Positions 1 to 11,999 of a stretch of 64,000 nucleotides of DNA are shown here, piece by piece (positions within the stretch are counted from its first letter, which is position 1; the number at the start of each line of letters is the position of its first letter). A program made the position numbers and the translations under genes. The stretch lies in the NCBI RefSeq assembly GCF_036971445.1, contig NC_091482.1:2728001-2792000 (forward strand), written 5' to 3'. The DNA is from Narcine bancroftii (lineage: Eukaryota). The notes below the pieces were generated by a model that worked only from the letters and a program-made list of their open reading frames with translations, was not told the DNA's origin and made no database searches.

Positions 1-88
1 AATGGTTGAGAATGGGTGCTCTAGTACACTGTCTTTCCCAATTGCAGCTGTGTATCTAACTCCAACTGTTTTACATTTTTTTCAGCTT

Positions 89-333
89 TTCAGATACAAC
101 ATCCCTTCTCTTCAGATAGAACATCCCTTCTCTTCAGATACAACATCCCTTCTCTTCAGATACAACATCCCTTCTCTTCAGATACAACATCCCTTCTCTT
201 CAGATACAACATCCCTTCTCTTCAGATACAACATCCCTTCTCTTCAGATACAACATCCCTTCTCTTCAGATACAACATCCCTTCTCTTCAGATACAACAT
301 CCCTTCTCTTCAGATACAACATCCCTTCTCTTC
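89..333. repeat. 22-bp tandem minisatellite (TTCAGATACAACATCCCTTCTC), ~11 copies, in a FLOT2 intron
   Basis: Near-perfect head-to-tail copies read directly from the sequence; they explain the repetitive ORF at 2..361. Confidence 0.95.
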
Positions 334-1369
334 TGGACATGAAAGAGGGGAAGAGCAGTAGCTGTTTCTTAAGTAATTTGAAATCCTATGTTTAGAGCAA
401 CAGCACAAGAAAATCGGGGTAGGAGCAGGGCACTGGGTCTTGCTTCCTCTTCTGTGCCAGTTTTCCCACTGCCATCAACTCTCCAGCTATGTCTACCCCC
501 ACCTTAAAGACTTCCGGTAGATCGAGCTTCTGGCTTTGGGGAGGGGAGGGTACATTGCTTGCACCTCTTTTTCGAATGAGCAGGTCTTTGGGGGTTACCA
601 TTGGGTGAAAACATCACAAGATCTGCCCTGGCATGCCCTCAGTAAGGTCACCCTTCATCCTTCCAAACTCCACACAAACTATCCATCCTCTCTCATCTCA
701 ACAATTGTCCTGCAGAATCTCCTTTGAAATGTCTCCAATGCTACATCTTTTTAGGAAAGGGAACCAAAACTGCACAGAATTCCAGGTGTGGCCTCACTGA
801 TAGCCTCTCCAACTGAAATAAAGCCTCCCTGTTGCTGAACACCAACCCACCCTCTTGCATTGAAGGCCATTAAACAATTCCCCAACTTCCTGTTGGAGCT
901 GCCTGCCGGTTTTTTGTGATCCATACAAAACACTCAGATCCCTCTGAACTTTACTCATCTGCAGTCACTCTCCATTACGAGAGTCTCCCTCTTGATGCAC
1001 CTTGACACGCGTCCCCACAATTAACTCCATTTGCCATGGTTTTGCCCGATTGTATATTGTGTTGTAAAATGACACAAAACACACGTGCCCTTTCACTGAG
1101 AGCAGGAGCCTTTACCCTGTGCCCTGCCCATCATTTACCCCAAATATTTGTGAGATCTTGCTGAGAGCAAGAAGGTTTCCCGTTGGATCGTGTTGGAGTT
1201 GAGATCTGGAGCTCGGGTTGCCAATGGGTTGAGTCTGTGCAGTTGCAGAGGCTGCGGGAGTGCTGGAGATGAATCAACAGACACTCAGTGACCCTGAAGG
1301 GACTTGCTTCTCTTTCTCTCTTGCTGCAAGGGATGCTGGACTATACTAATGGCAGCTCTTTGTGACAGG

Positions 1370-1815
1370 GACCTCCCAGTGGCCAACCATTTCAGTTCTG
1401 CATGCCACTCCCATACTCACATGTCTGTCCTTGGCCTCATACTATCCCACCGAGATCACCTCTAAATTGGTGGAATAGTACCTGATTTTCTCCAGCTGGA
1501 TGGCATTAACATCGACACCTCCCTTCCCTTTGCCCTGTCTTCTTTCCCTCAGCTCTCCACCCCCTTTTCTCACTCTATTCACCAAGCCATTCCTCCTCCT
1601 CGTTCGCTGCTGTGCCCTCCCTCCCTTCTCTACCTATTACCTTCTGCCTTTGCTACTGTGCTCCTCCCCTTACCTTTTTATTCAGATGACTGATGACATT
1701 TTTCCATACCTTGATGAAGGGCTCAAGCCTGAAATGTCTGTTCTGCATCTTTATCTTCGCTATATAAAGGACATGGTTTGACCTGCTGAGTTTCGCCGGC
1801 ATTGTGTTTTTACTT
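1370..1815 (+). mobile_element. Penelope-like (GIY-YIG) retroelement 3' fragment
   Basis: CCAGTGGCCAACCATTTCA ... AAATTGGTGGAATAGTACCTGATTTT ... GATGGCATTAACATCGAC, then a pyrimidine tract and a CCTTGATGAAGGGCTCAAGCC ... GACCTGCTGAG tail. The same module recurs about 8 times in the window. Confidence 0.6.
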
Positions 1816-2003
1816 TAAAGTATATCTTGTGTGTGACATTTTAATGCATTGTTATGTGATGAAAAAGGGTACCTTAAACCTTGTGTGAGCTACTGCACAG
1901 TTCCCACATTAGATCAATGGTCATGTGTTGAAGACTGTGTAACGTCAGGGCATCCAGTGGCAGTGGAAGGTGCTGAGAACATACTCATGTCCTGTCTCTG
2001 CAG

Positions 2004-2187
2004 AGTGAAGCAAGTGCTGATCGCCCAGGCACAAGCTGAAAAGATCCGCAAGATTGGAGAGGCTGAGGCTTCTTCCATTGCGGCCATTGGGAAAGCGGAC
2101 GCAGAGAGAATGCGACTGAAGGCTGCGGGTTATCGGCAGTATGGAGAAGCAGCCAAGATGGCGATGGTGCTGGATTCCCTGCCCAAG
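2004..2187 (+). CDS. FLOT2: Flotillin-2, third-last coding exon (184 nt)
   Basis: Acceptor ctgcAG and donor GTaacc. Encodes VKQVLIAQAQAEKIRKIGEAEASSIAAIGKADAERMRLKAAGYRQYGEAAKMAMVLDSLPK, the flotillin EA-rich coiled coil, close to vertebrate FLOT2. Confidence 0.95.
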
Positions 2188-2469
2188 GTAACCTGACTAA
2201 TTTCATTCTCACATTTTCCAAGGAATATTAGGTTTAGTAAAGATTTGGGAGCAAATGTGGGTGTGGGACTTGACCAGAATATCCAGTTGGGATTGAGGGC
2301 CTATTTCCTGCTGTGTGGCCATTCAGCTAGTGTGGAGTGGAGCAGGAAAAAAGACTATACTGACTGTAGAGATTGAGAGAGTTGCAACTGTCCCAGTGTG
2401 TGCATGCACAGGTGGAGGGGTAGCGTTTCTGAGTTGTCAGTGGTGCGGAGAAAGAGAAAGGTGGTGGGA

Positions 2470-2980
2470 ACGATTCCTCCAGCTACTGCAGCTCTAACAT
2501 CCGGGCCCACAAGGACCTTGCACTGCCAGACTGAGACCGCCCACAAATTGGAGGAACAATGCATCATATTCCAACTGGCTACCCTCTGACCGGATGGCAT
2601 TAACCTCGCCTTCTCCAGTTTCCATTAGCCATCACCCCCATCTATCCTTTTGTCTCCTTTCCTCCAGCTCTATGTGTCTCTCTTCCCTTTCCCCCAATTC
2701 TGCATTCAAAGAGCAAAGACCCCCTTCCCAATCAATTCCCACCTTTTCTCGTCCTCCTTTCCATATCCAATTAAACCCTGTTGGTCTGTATTCCTCTCCC
2801 TGTCCTTTCTGTCCTTCTCTCCAGCCTTTTAATTCAGGCTCCTTCCTGCATTTCACTCATACCTTGAAGAAGAGCTCAGGCCAAAAGCGTTGGTAATATA
2901 TCTTTCCCTCGCATGGACTCTGTGGAACTGGCTGAGTTCCTCCAGTGTGTTTACTAATATCACAGCATTGGCAGACTTTC
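2470..2980 (+). mobile_element. Penelope-like (GIY-YIG) retroelement 3' fragment
   Basis: Translates to HCQTETAHKLEEQCIIFQLATL*PDGINLAFS, the typical C-terminus of these elements, followed by the shared tail. Confidence 0.65.
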
Positions 2981-3395
2981 ATGCGTTTGAAAAGGGAGAG
3001 CGAGAAAAAAGCAGGCAAGCAACAGAGAAAAGGGATCAGCAAGAAGAGCTGGTGTATGCTCAATACTCCGAAAGTCTGCTTTTTTTCCTTCCTCATCCAC
3101 AGTCAGAACGTGGATTTCTGAGTGGTCTCTGGCAGCACCTGCACGTGATCTGGGTTGGTGTTGAATGAGCACAGTTGGCGTGGGATGCGCGTAGTTGGAA
3201 TTCCTTGGATTAGTTTGAATTCTGTGTGTGAACCTCGCTAATCTGGGCACCCATCCCCAGGTGAGCTCGGACTTTGTTGCCTATGGGCCTGGCACTTTGC
3301 ACAGAGATAGTGAGGCCAAGCCTTAAGAAGAGGGTTGCTCAGTGGAGTGACAGAGAAATGGGGACAGGCCATGGCGTTGTCGCATTTGCCCACAG

Positions 3396-3596
3396 TTAAG
3401 TTTATTGTCATCTGATTGTCCAACGAAACAGCATTCCCCAGTCCTCGGTGCAAAACATGAGACACACAACTGGTCATAACATAGATGAAAATGCAGGACA
3501 AGTATTTTATTGATTAAAAATAAATAAATATTGTTTTTGTATCAATGAGAGTCTCGGATGGTTCGTTCCTTTGGTCATTTCAGCATTCTCACTGCC
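3396..3596 (-). mobile_element. 3' end of a Rex1/Babar-like non-LTR element abutting a FLOT2 splice acceptor
   Basis: Matches copies at ~45340-45545 and ~54655-54890 (AAGTTTATTGTCATCTGATTG ... GAGAGTCTCGGATGGTT ... ATTCTCACTGC). At 45.5 kb this sequence continues into the element's coding region. Confidence 0.75.
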
Positions 3597-3610
3597 CCCT
3601 CTATCCGCAG

Positions 3611-3760
3611 ATCGCTGCACAGGTAGCAGCTCCACTTGCCAAGACAGACGAAATTGTGATCCTCGGAGGAGATGGCAGCCGTGTAACAACGGAGGTCACT
3701 CGTTTACTGGCAGAGGTGCCTGCATCTGTCCAAGCTCTCACAGGGATTGATCTATCAAAG
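3611..3760 (+). CDS. FLOT2: Flotillin-2, penultimate coding exon (150 nt)
   Basis: Acceptor ccgcAG and donor GTcagt, phase 0-0. Encodes IAAQVAAPLAKTDEIVILGGDGSRVTTEVTRLLAEVPASVQALTGIDLSK. Confidence 0.95.
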
Positions 3761-4922
3761 GTCAGTGCCACCTTTCTACAGGCCTACTTGCTGTCAGTGC
3801 GCCTGCTAACTCTGTATGTTGGCTGTTTGTCAATTGTTGCAAGCGTTGCACTCAATGGGAGGCCTTTCAGCCCATCCAGTTTGTGCTAGCCACATTTAAG
3901 AATAATTTAGCCCCAACCTCTTCCCATTGTACGACAAATTATTTTCTTTTTGATACTTAGCAAATGACTTTTGGAATGATACAACTGAATGTGCCCCCAC
4001 CACCACCCTTCACTGCACAGGCTCTGCTGTTCCATGCAGAACATTTCCAGTCTTCATCCTGACTGCAATAACAATGTTAATAATATCTTCTGCATCCTTT
4101 CCAAAGCTTTTGTTCCTTTCATAAAATGTGGCACCTAGAATTTGACACAGTTCTCCAGATGTAACCATAAAAGTTCATCTTTCCTCTTGTACACCTTGTC
4201 TCCAATTAATAAGGCAAGATTACTATATCCTTTCTCAACCACTCTCTTAACCTGCCTTACCACTCTCAATCCACAATATAACTTCTACTTCACCATGTTC
4301 TTGTCTCTCTTTTAGTATCAAGTCCTTCACTTATGTTGCCTCTTTCTTCGGACAAAGACGTAACCTTTCACATCGCTCAGCATTAAACTTCAGCTGCCAC
4401 CTATTTGCCCTCCCCACAGGGTTAAACAAGGAAGTTTGCAGATGCTGGGGTCAAATGCAAGACACAGCAGTGCTGGAGAAACTGCAGGTCACGCAGCATC
4501 CATAGGAAATAAAGGTCTCATGCCCGAGATGGTGGTTATTATTTACAGCCTCTGGATGCTGCGTGACCTGCTGAGTTTGTCCAGCACTGCTGTGTATTAC
4601 CCTCCTCACAACCAGTATTTCTGTCCACCTCACAGTTGGTAAAACCCCATCTGCACATTTGGAAATGGTCCAGGTCATTGATATAAAGGACCCCAGTGGT
4701 CCAGTACTGACTCCTGGGAAAGCTCCACCTTCGTTCCTTGTTTGACATGGTAAATTTTCTATCCATGCATTTTATTCCATGGCTTTCAGACTGGCAAGAA
4801 TGTAACATAAGATGTTGTCAATCACCTTCTGAAAGTTCATATAGCCATTACATGGAATTCCTTCATCCATTTCATAGGAGTAGAAATGGGTTATTCAGCC
4901 CATTGAGCCTGCCCTGCCATTT

Positions 4923-5398
4923 TACCATATATGCCCTTGAATCAGATGATCCTTAAAATTTTCACCTTAAAATGGGGTTGTCCTATACACCAGGTCTAAA
5001 ATTCTTCCGATGATGACGAAGTCTCAACACCGCCACCATCTTTGATGCAAGCTTGTGCGTACCCCGTTAGTTATTTGTGAAGTCTCAGCGCTCCTCCACG
5101 GGGTCCATCCACTCCGCCCAACTGCTGTTGGCTCTAGACAGTCTTTAAATGGGCTGTTAAAGGAGACAACAGTGGTTTTATTTTAAAAAATCCAAATAAA
5201 ATTTCAACCTTTAAATGATCATTTGTTATTAAAATTATTATTATTAAAATTAAAATTTGCTTTTAACAGCATCCTCTGGTTGGCGGGAAGTGCCAGGTTT
5301 TTGGAGGTGTGGGATTCATATTATTCAAAGGGTATAGCTCAAAACTAACATTTTAGGAGAAAATTCCAAGGTTGTCCTATACAAAGACATATATGGTA
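4923..5398. mobile_element. Tc1/mariner-pogo-type MITE
   Basis: Ends TA-CCATATATG ... CATATATGG-TA, with an internal repeated GGTTGTCCTATAC. Related degenerate copies at ~51820-52270 and ~21080-21195. Confidence 0.55.
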
Positions 5399-6109
5399 AT
5401 CATGAGCTGATCGTTTCTCCACTGCCCAGCTTTCTTGAACCCTGGCTAATCAAGAACTTATCAATCCCTGTCTTAAATACCCCCCAATGACCTGGCCTCC
5501 ACAACTGCCTGTGGCAGCAAATTTCACAGATTTGCCACCCTCTGTGGTAAAGAAATTCCTCTGCATCTCTGTTCCAAGTGGACTCCCTTCAATCCTGAAG
5601 TTGTGCCTTTTTGTCCTGGACTCTCCCTCCATGGAAACAATCTTTCAACATTTACTTTGTCCATGCCTTTCAACATTCCTGTTGTACTTGTCAGAGAATT
5701 CCAGGTTACTTGGATATCATTTGTAATAAAGTTGTGCTGATGGTTACATGGTTGTGGTTTTATTGAGGAATTATACCGTGTTCTTGAATCAAAGAACTAG
5801 TCCAAAGGAAGCTTTGGTTAGGTGAACAAAAAAATGAGACTTTTACTTAAATGTGTTGTGGCTCCCGAGGGACTGTAGTGCCCGTACTGAGAACCATCTC
5901 GAGGTTCAGACAGAGCAGCTTTTTGAAACAAGTGAAATGTGTGGAAATTCTCAGCAGGTCCAGCAGCATCTGTGGAGAGAGAGAGAGAGATCGGAGTAAT
6001 ATTTCAAATTGACTTGACTGACCTGCTGAGAATTTCCACATTCTCTGCTTTATATTCACATTTTGCTTTCTTGAGCAGATTTTTCACTTTAAGAGGCTGT
6101 CCTTTCAAT

Positions 6110-6340
6110 TTAGACATACAGCATGGTAACAGGCCCTTTCTGGTCCACGAGCACTTGCAGCCCAATTCCACCCAATTGACCTACATCATCAGTACGTTTT
6201 TTGAAATGTGGAGGAAACCGGAGCACTCAGAGGAAACTCTCACATACACGGGGAGAACATACAAACTCCTTACAGACAGCGCTGGATTTGAACCACAGTC
6301 AAGAGGTGACTGTAACAGCATTTGCTAACCGTGTCACCCT
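6110..6340 (-). mobile_element. tRNA-derived V-SINE (HE1-like)
   Basis: Reverse complement of the SINE core: GGAGAACATACAAACTCCTTACAGACAGC, GGATTTGAACC (B-box), CTGTAACAGC ... GCTAACCGTG. Confidence 0.75.
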
Positions 6341-6476
6341 GTAAAACCACTGCTGCACATTGAGTGTTCCTAGCACAGTGGTCTCTGACACCTACATCTT
6401 CCACCTAGCTCTGATCGCTGCAGGTTCTAGCTAGATGTGACTCCTCTCTCAATCTTGCCTTGTCTTTCTTTCCCAG

Positions 6477-6515
6477 GTCCCTCTGATCCACAGTTTAACC
6501 AACGCGAAGGCTTGA
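6477..6515 (+). CDS. FLOT2: Flotillin-2, terminal coding exon (VPLIHSLTNAKA*)
   Basis: Polypyrimidine tract plus cccAG acceptor, phase 0. Twelve residues then TGA, the same length as the human terminal IPLIKKATGVQV. Confidence 0.85.
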   Translation, partial: VPLIHSLTNAKA

Positions 6516-9500
6516 TCCACAAAGAGCCGCATCAAACATCGGGTGTTCTCCCACAGAAAATACTCCTCCACAGATCTGCACCTCAGAATACTTGTTTAAG
6601 GATCTCCTTTTCTACGAATAATTCGTCTGACTTTTTTAATTTTCTTTATTGGTTTTCTTTTAAACCTCTGGTGCCTTAATTTAATCTGGTTCAGAATATA
6701 GTGTTTTTTCCCCAGATAATCCAAACTTTCAATCATTGATTTTCATTTGCTGATGTTCATACTTTATCAGAGAAGTCCATGTTTGCAGGATTCTCACCAG
6801 GGTGAGTTGTTGGAGCAAAGACCAAATCAACCTTGGGGAATGGTGGCTCTTTGAAACTTTCTGTTCTTCCTTTCTCTTGATTTCATCGCCAATATCAATC
6901 CTAACCTGGTGCTCTTCATGGTGGGACGGAAAGCTACACTACAGCCCAATGTAATCTAGAAGAACAGCTCCTCACATTCCACCTGGGCAGTCAACAGCCC
7001 AATGGTGCAAAAGAATTTTCTAATACAGTAAGCAAATCCTCTCTCTTCTGTATCACTTCCCCCCCCCATTCCCCCTTTTTTTTAATCCCCTGTCCATTTT
7101 CATTCTTCCCCCCCCCCCCCCACACAATGCTCTTCTCCTTGGTTTCACCCTCTATTTCCCCTCTTCTGTTCTTTTCCCCCTCCCCTGTCCCCATTGGTTT
7201 CATCTGGTCTCTCTGTGTCATCATTCTCTCAGGGTTCAGCATTGGCAACCTTTGGCTTCTAATTCTCCCCACCCCCCCCTACCCTTTGTGATTCATCTTT
7301 CTCCCCCTGACCCTTTGGTTTTTATGGCTCTCTCTTCCTTTGCCCATCATGCTTCACTTGCACCTGGTTCACCAATCCCACTGTCCTTCCAACCTTGTCC
7401 TCTTTTCACTGACTTCTACATCTCTCCAATCTCGATGAAGGGCTTCGGCCAAAACGTCAGCTAGTCTTTTTCTCCCACTGATGGTGCTTGACCTGCTGAC
7501 TCCCTCCACCCTATTGTTTGTCTGGCTCCAAATTCCAGCATGGCAAAGGGCCATTTGGCCCATCATTCCTATACTCGTGGAGTATCTGAACTTGTTTCCA
7601 CCAGACTTCAGAGGGTACAAACTTTGTTAATTTTAAGCAAGTTCTTCGAACGTTCCACCATCTCCCTGACAAATCCTGCAACACAGCCAGAGACCAGGCA
7701 AAGACTGAGCAGTCCTGAAAGAGTTGGTTGCTCCAACTCGTTTCCTAGTGAGTGCTTCAGGATAAGGGAGATTGAGTGGCTGATGTGTAGAGGATGTTGT
7801 TTGAACATTCAGCTGTTATGGACATTTGGTCAGATGCGAGCTCATGTGCATTCACATTGAAAGTCACTGGGGAGTCCGGTCCAGGGTACACAACGGCAAC
7901 AATAATGTTTTTAAGGAAGAGCGGATGCAAACAAGGAATCTTCAGGTGCTGGAGAACTGGAAAAATACACCAGTTCTGGAGGAACTTGATGGCTTTCCAT
8001 GGGTCTGAGTGACCTGCTAAGTTTCTCCAGTATTGTGTTTTTACTTCAGTGGTGGTGTCTGCAGACTTTCCTGTTTTATTCCTCCAGCATTTTGTGTATT
8101 TTGATTAAGAAGAGCAATTTCTTGATCTCAGCTCTTAAATGCCCCATGTATTGCGTACATGACCAAACCTTGTGCATGATTCAGTGTGGTCTCCAATGGA
8201 GCTAACTACAAAAATATCCTCGACTCACCAGCACTGATCAACATACACCATCGCAGGGTTTTTTTGGTCAAGTACCCATTCGCTGCAGCGTAAGACTTCA
8301 GGTACATTTGGACATTGTATAATGTGTATGTCAATAAACTCAACATCGTACATCTCTTTACACCTCTGCTGTGGACATATATCCAGCACAGGTGATGGGT
8401 TCCTGCCTGTTAACTAGGGAACTTAGGTTGCAAGGAGCTGCAAATGCTATCTCTCTCCAACTGAGTAGACCAGCAAAAACATTCACCCCTGCACCCTCAG
8501 CATCCTTACTGGCCCCTTGCGCTCAGCATCTGGGGAGCAGTCAGGGCCCCTGAGTTGAGATTGACCAGGGCTCCACCGCTGCCTTTGCAGAGACCATATT
8601 GAAACTGGAGTGAACCGCGCAGTGCGTCGGTGACGTACTCTCCTCCCAGCCTGGAGTGAAACCGCGCAGCTCAGTTTCAATGGCTAAGGAATGTTGACAA
8701 TCTCTTTGGGTTTTTTTCCCCCATCTTAGGAAGTCTTGGAAAGGATCCTAAAGAAATGGGTGGTTCTCACTCCCAGATGTAGAAACTCCCACACTGCACC
8801 CGGACAGTGTTTCTTCAATTTACCAGGAGTCTTAAATCCCTGATGAAAGTCAGGTAGTCGCTCAGCTTGTATTCAATGCATGCCCTGCCTGCATCAAAAA
8901 AATACACGCCTTTATTTAAAATATCCTGTTGCCCACGAATGAACTCTGCTACTGTTGAGAGTGCTGTGCAAGGTGGACATAATAATTCCACTCCCCAAGG
9001 GATTCTCATCAAGAGTGGCTGGTCTCGAGCCGAGAGATGGTTCCACTTTCTCCTCGATGGCTGGAACTGCAGCCTCTCTCCTGTGGGTGAGTGGGTCCAA
9101 CAAGTCATCCCTTTCTTACAAATTGTTCCCGAAATACTCGCCTTAAATCTGCATCTTGTCCATGAAGGAGAGAAAATGGTCTTGAAACCTACATGGTGGC
9201 CTTTCCTTTCATTCTCGTGTGTTTTCCAATCTCCTGTGCCATAGGGGGTTAACGTCATCAAGCTGCCTCTTGGCTCTAACTTGGTTTGCTGCAAAGTTTG
9301 GGGACTCCTTGCAGTCCCTCCAAGGTGTGTGGTGCTGGATGTGGGCTCTTCAAAGTGCACAGTGCAAAGTGTGTTTGCTTCACCCTCTCTTCCCTCCCCA
9401 CCCGCGGGAAGGTCCAGACCTGCTTTGCCCCTGCAGTTAGGCGTCAAATGAGTGCCGATCCCACCACTGCTGCTGAGCCAATGGAATGCTGTTAACTGGA

Positions 9501-9650
9501 CCGTGGCCTGTACAACCAGCCACGCTTTTATAATGCGTTGACAATGTAAACTTTTTAAAATTAATTTTACCGCATTTCTTTCCTGCCAAAAATAAGTTTG
9601 ATTTATTACAAATTTGTCTGTAAAAAATGAATTAAAATTTCTGTGTTGAA
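6516..9650 (+). other. FLOT2: Probable long FLOT2 3' UTR (ATTAAA ~9631; further AATAAA ~10565)
   Basis: Mostly unique sequence after the stop codon, ending in an AU-rich block with ATTAAA. The 3' end is inferred, not observed. Confidence 0.4.
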
Positions 9651-11999
9651 AACTTTAAAATCAGTAGAAAGAGGAGCGAATGTGGTATGTATAATATGTA
9701 CTCAATATTACTTCTATAGAATTAGTGGTGCAATTATGTATACAGTAATTGTCCGTGTAACCTGTTTTTGAAAGTGATATGCATCCATGGTAATCACCAC
9801 TCAATGAAGTATGATAAATACTGGCACGTCAGCCTAAAATCTTTGTCTTTTATTACATCGTATACCAGCAGCAATAGAAATTCACCAAGACAGTGTTGCT
9901 CTTTTTCTTATTGCAAATATACGTGCGTGTGTGTGTTTACCCAAAACATTACAGCTTAGGCACCTTTCTGGAGAATAATTCTAAAGTTCAGTCTTGAAAA
10001 TCCTGTGTTGAAACGCAGACTCTTAAACTGAAGCCCAGAAGAAATCATGAAGGAGGTAGGTGAGATTGAGTGCCCAGACAGATGAAAACTTGTCGAGTTT
10101 CTTACTGAGATATATCCTTTTAGATGAACGGTTGTCACAGCTCTCCTTTTCCTTGCATAGGGGAAACGAAATATGCAACTTCCATGATGCTTTCACAACC
10201 CAGGTACAGGTCAGTCGAAGAGACCCTTACTTTGGTCATGGTAGGGTTCAATAATTCTCCTGACAGGGAGAATCAGCTGAATTGTCCATTTCACACTGAG
10301 TCACTCCATCTTGGTGTCCCATGAGATGGCTGGTGGTCAATAATAATGCTGTTCCTCCAGTGTCCCACTCACTTGAATCTCTCACCACCTGTGTCCCTGG
10401 ATAAAGCAACACATGTTCTTTCAAGAATCAACTTTGTGTCCAGTCTGTACTAATTGTTGCCACCCAGTCTCTCCACAACTGTGAATGGTTGCAGCCGGTA
10501 CTAGCCCTTAAAGTGATACTCACACTAAATGAAATGGGAGCTCGTAATAACTTCATTCTTGCACAATAAAGCAAACTGCAGGGCAGGTGGCTTCCAGAGT
10601 CATCCAGATATACCATAGGAAAAGGCCCTTTGCCCCAACCCTTTTGTGCTAGCTATTCCCTACCTATGCCCTGCGTTTGGTCCTCACCTCTAAACTGTTC
10701 CCATTGTAGGAAAAAAAACCTAGTAGTTGTAAATTTCCTACTCACTGCTGCATGTACTGTGTGGAACTTCAGCCAAAAAGTACCATTCATCTAGACTGCT
10801 GAGTTTAAATGAATTAATACTTCCCAGGACCACTTGATCTCTATTGGCCAATCAGCTTGCTGCTGATCTAAGCTCTTCAAATCCAACTGCCAGAGTCGCC
10901 TGACTCCAATTGCCAGGTTCAGCCTTTAGATAAGATCCCTGTTGAAGTCTGCTACACTATCGATGTACTGATCCAAATGCCCTATAAACTGAAAGTAAAA
11001 ACATGAAGCTGGAGAAATTCAGCTGTTCAAAGATGAAGATGCATCACCAATGCTTCAGGGCTTGAGCACTTCAAGGTAAGACAGTTAAGCTAATTGTCTC
11101 CATTTCTACCTCTTCCTCTGGCATATGCTTTCACACACCCACTCTTTCTCTGTGGAAATTCTTGCCCCTCTCGTCTCCTTTAAAACTTTCCCCTCTAAGC
11201 CTAAACCTATGCCATATGGTCTTATGACTCCCCTAACCACGGGAAAAGATTGACACTTCACCTCATCTCTACCCTGGAGTAGGCCATTCAGCCCTTCCAG
11301 TGTGCTGCACTATTCAGCCCTATTTGTTGCTTTCTCTCCTTACCTCTTGATCCCTTGAGCCTGAAGGGCTCAGTGGCGGGGCATGGGGTCTGAGTGTGGG
11401 GGAAGCGACCGGTAAGGGGGATGGTGACAGGACCGGGATTGGATGCGAGGGTGTGGTGACGGCACAGGACAGGTGTGGGGGGGGGGGGAGTGACCAAATG
11501 CGATGGGGGTGATGATGGGGCATAGGGACCAGTTGTGGGGGAGGAGTGACTGGATGCAAGGGTGGGAGGTAGTAGTGACAGGGCACACTGACTGGGTGAG
11601 GGGTGGGGAGTGACCAAATGCGAGAGGAGGGAGGTGAAAAGGAGCAGGCAGGGACTGGGTTTGGGGGGGGGGGGGGTGGAGGAGGTGTGCAGTGACCACA
11701 GGACAGGAGTGCTCGTTGGGTGTGGGGACTGATCATGGGAACAGTGATGGGGCATTAAAGGGTGGCGTGCCTGCCCGGTTGGTGGTGGGGGGAGGGGGTA
11801 AAGGACCATCAGCCTCTGGATGCATTTATTCACTGCGGCAGCCCTTTGCCCAGCTGTATGAATGTTAGAGTTGAACTGTTAGGCTACTTACAGAAGAACC
11901 CGCCTCACTGTACATTACAACAGGACACAAACTTGGGTGGAAAAGAAACAGATGGAGTTCAGTCTGAATAAGTGTGAGGTGAGGGGTTAATGGGCGAAT

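Noticed and set aside
2-361. 119-aa repetitive ORF
   Set aside because: Translation of the 22-bp minisatellite inside a FLOT2 intron.
8815-9447. 210-aa minus-strand ORF as ERAL1 or a novel gene
   Set aside because: No GTPase or KH motifs and no recognisable homology. The ending IRDLRLLVN resembles ERAL1 only superficially; probably antisense to the FLOT2 3' UTR. BLASTp would settle it.
10000-10620. Unique-looking sequence as a hidden exon
   Set aside because: The frames I translated gave nothing recognisable; it may be distal FLOT2 UTR or intergenic DNA.
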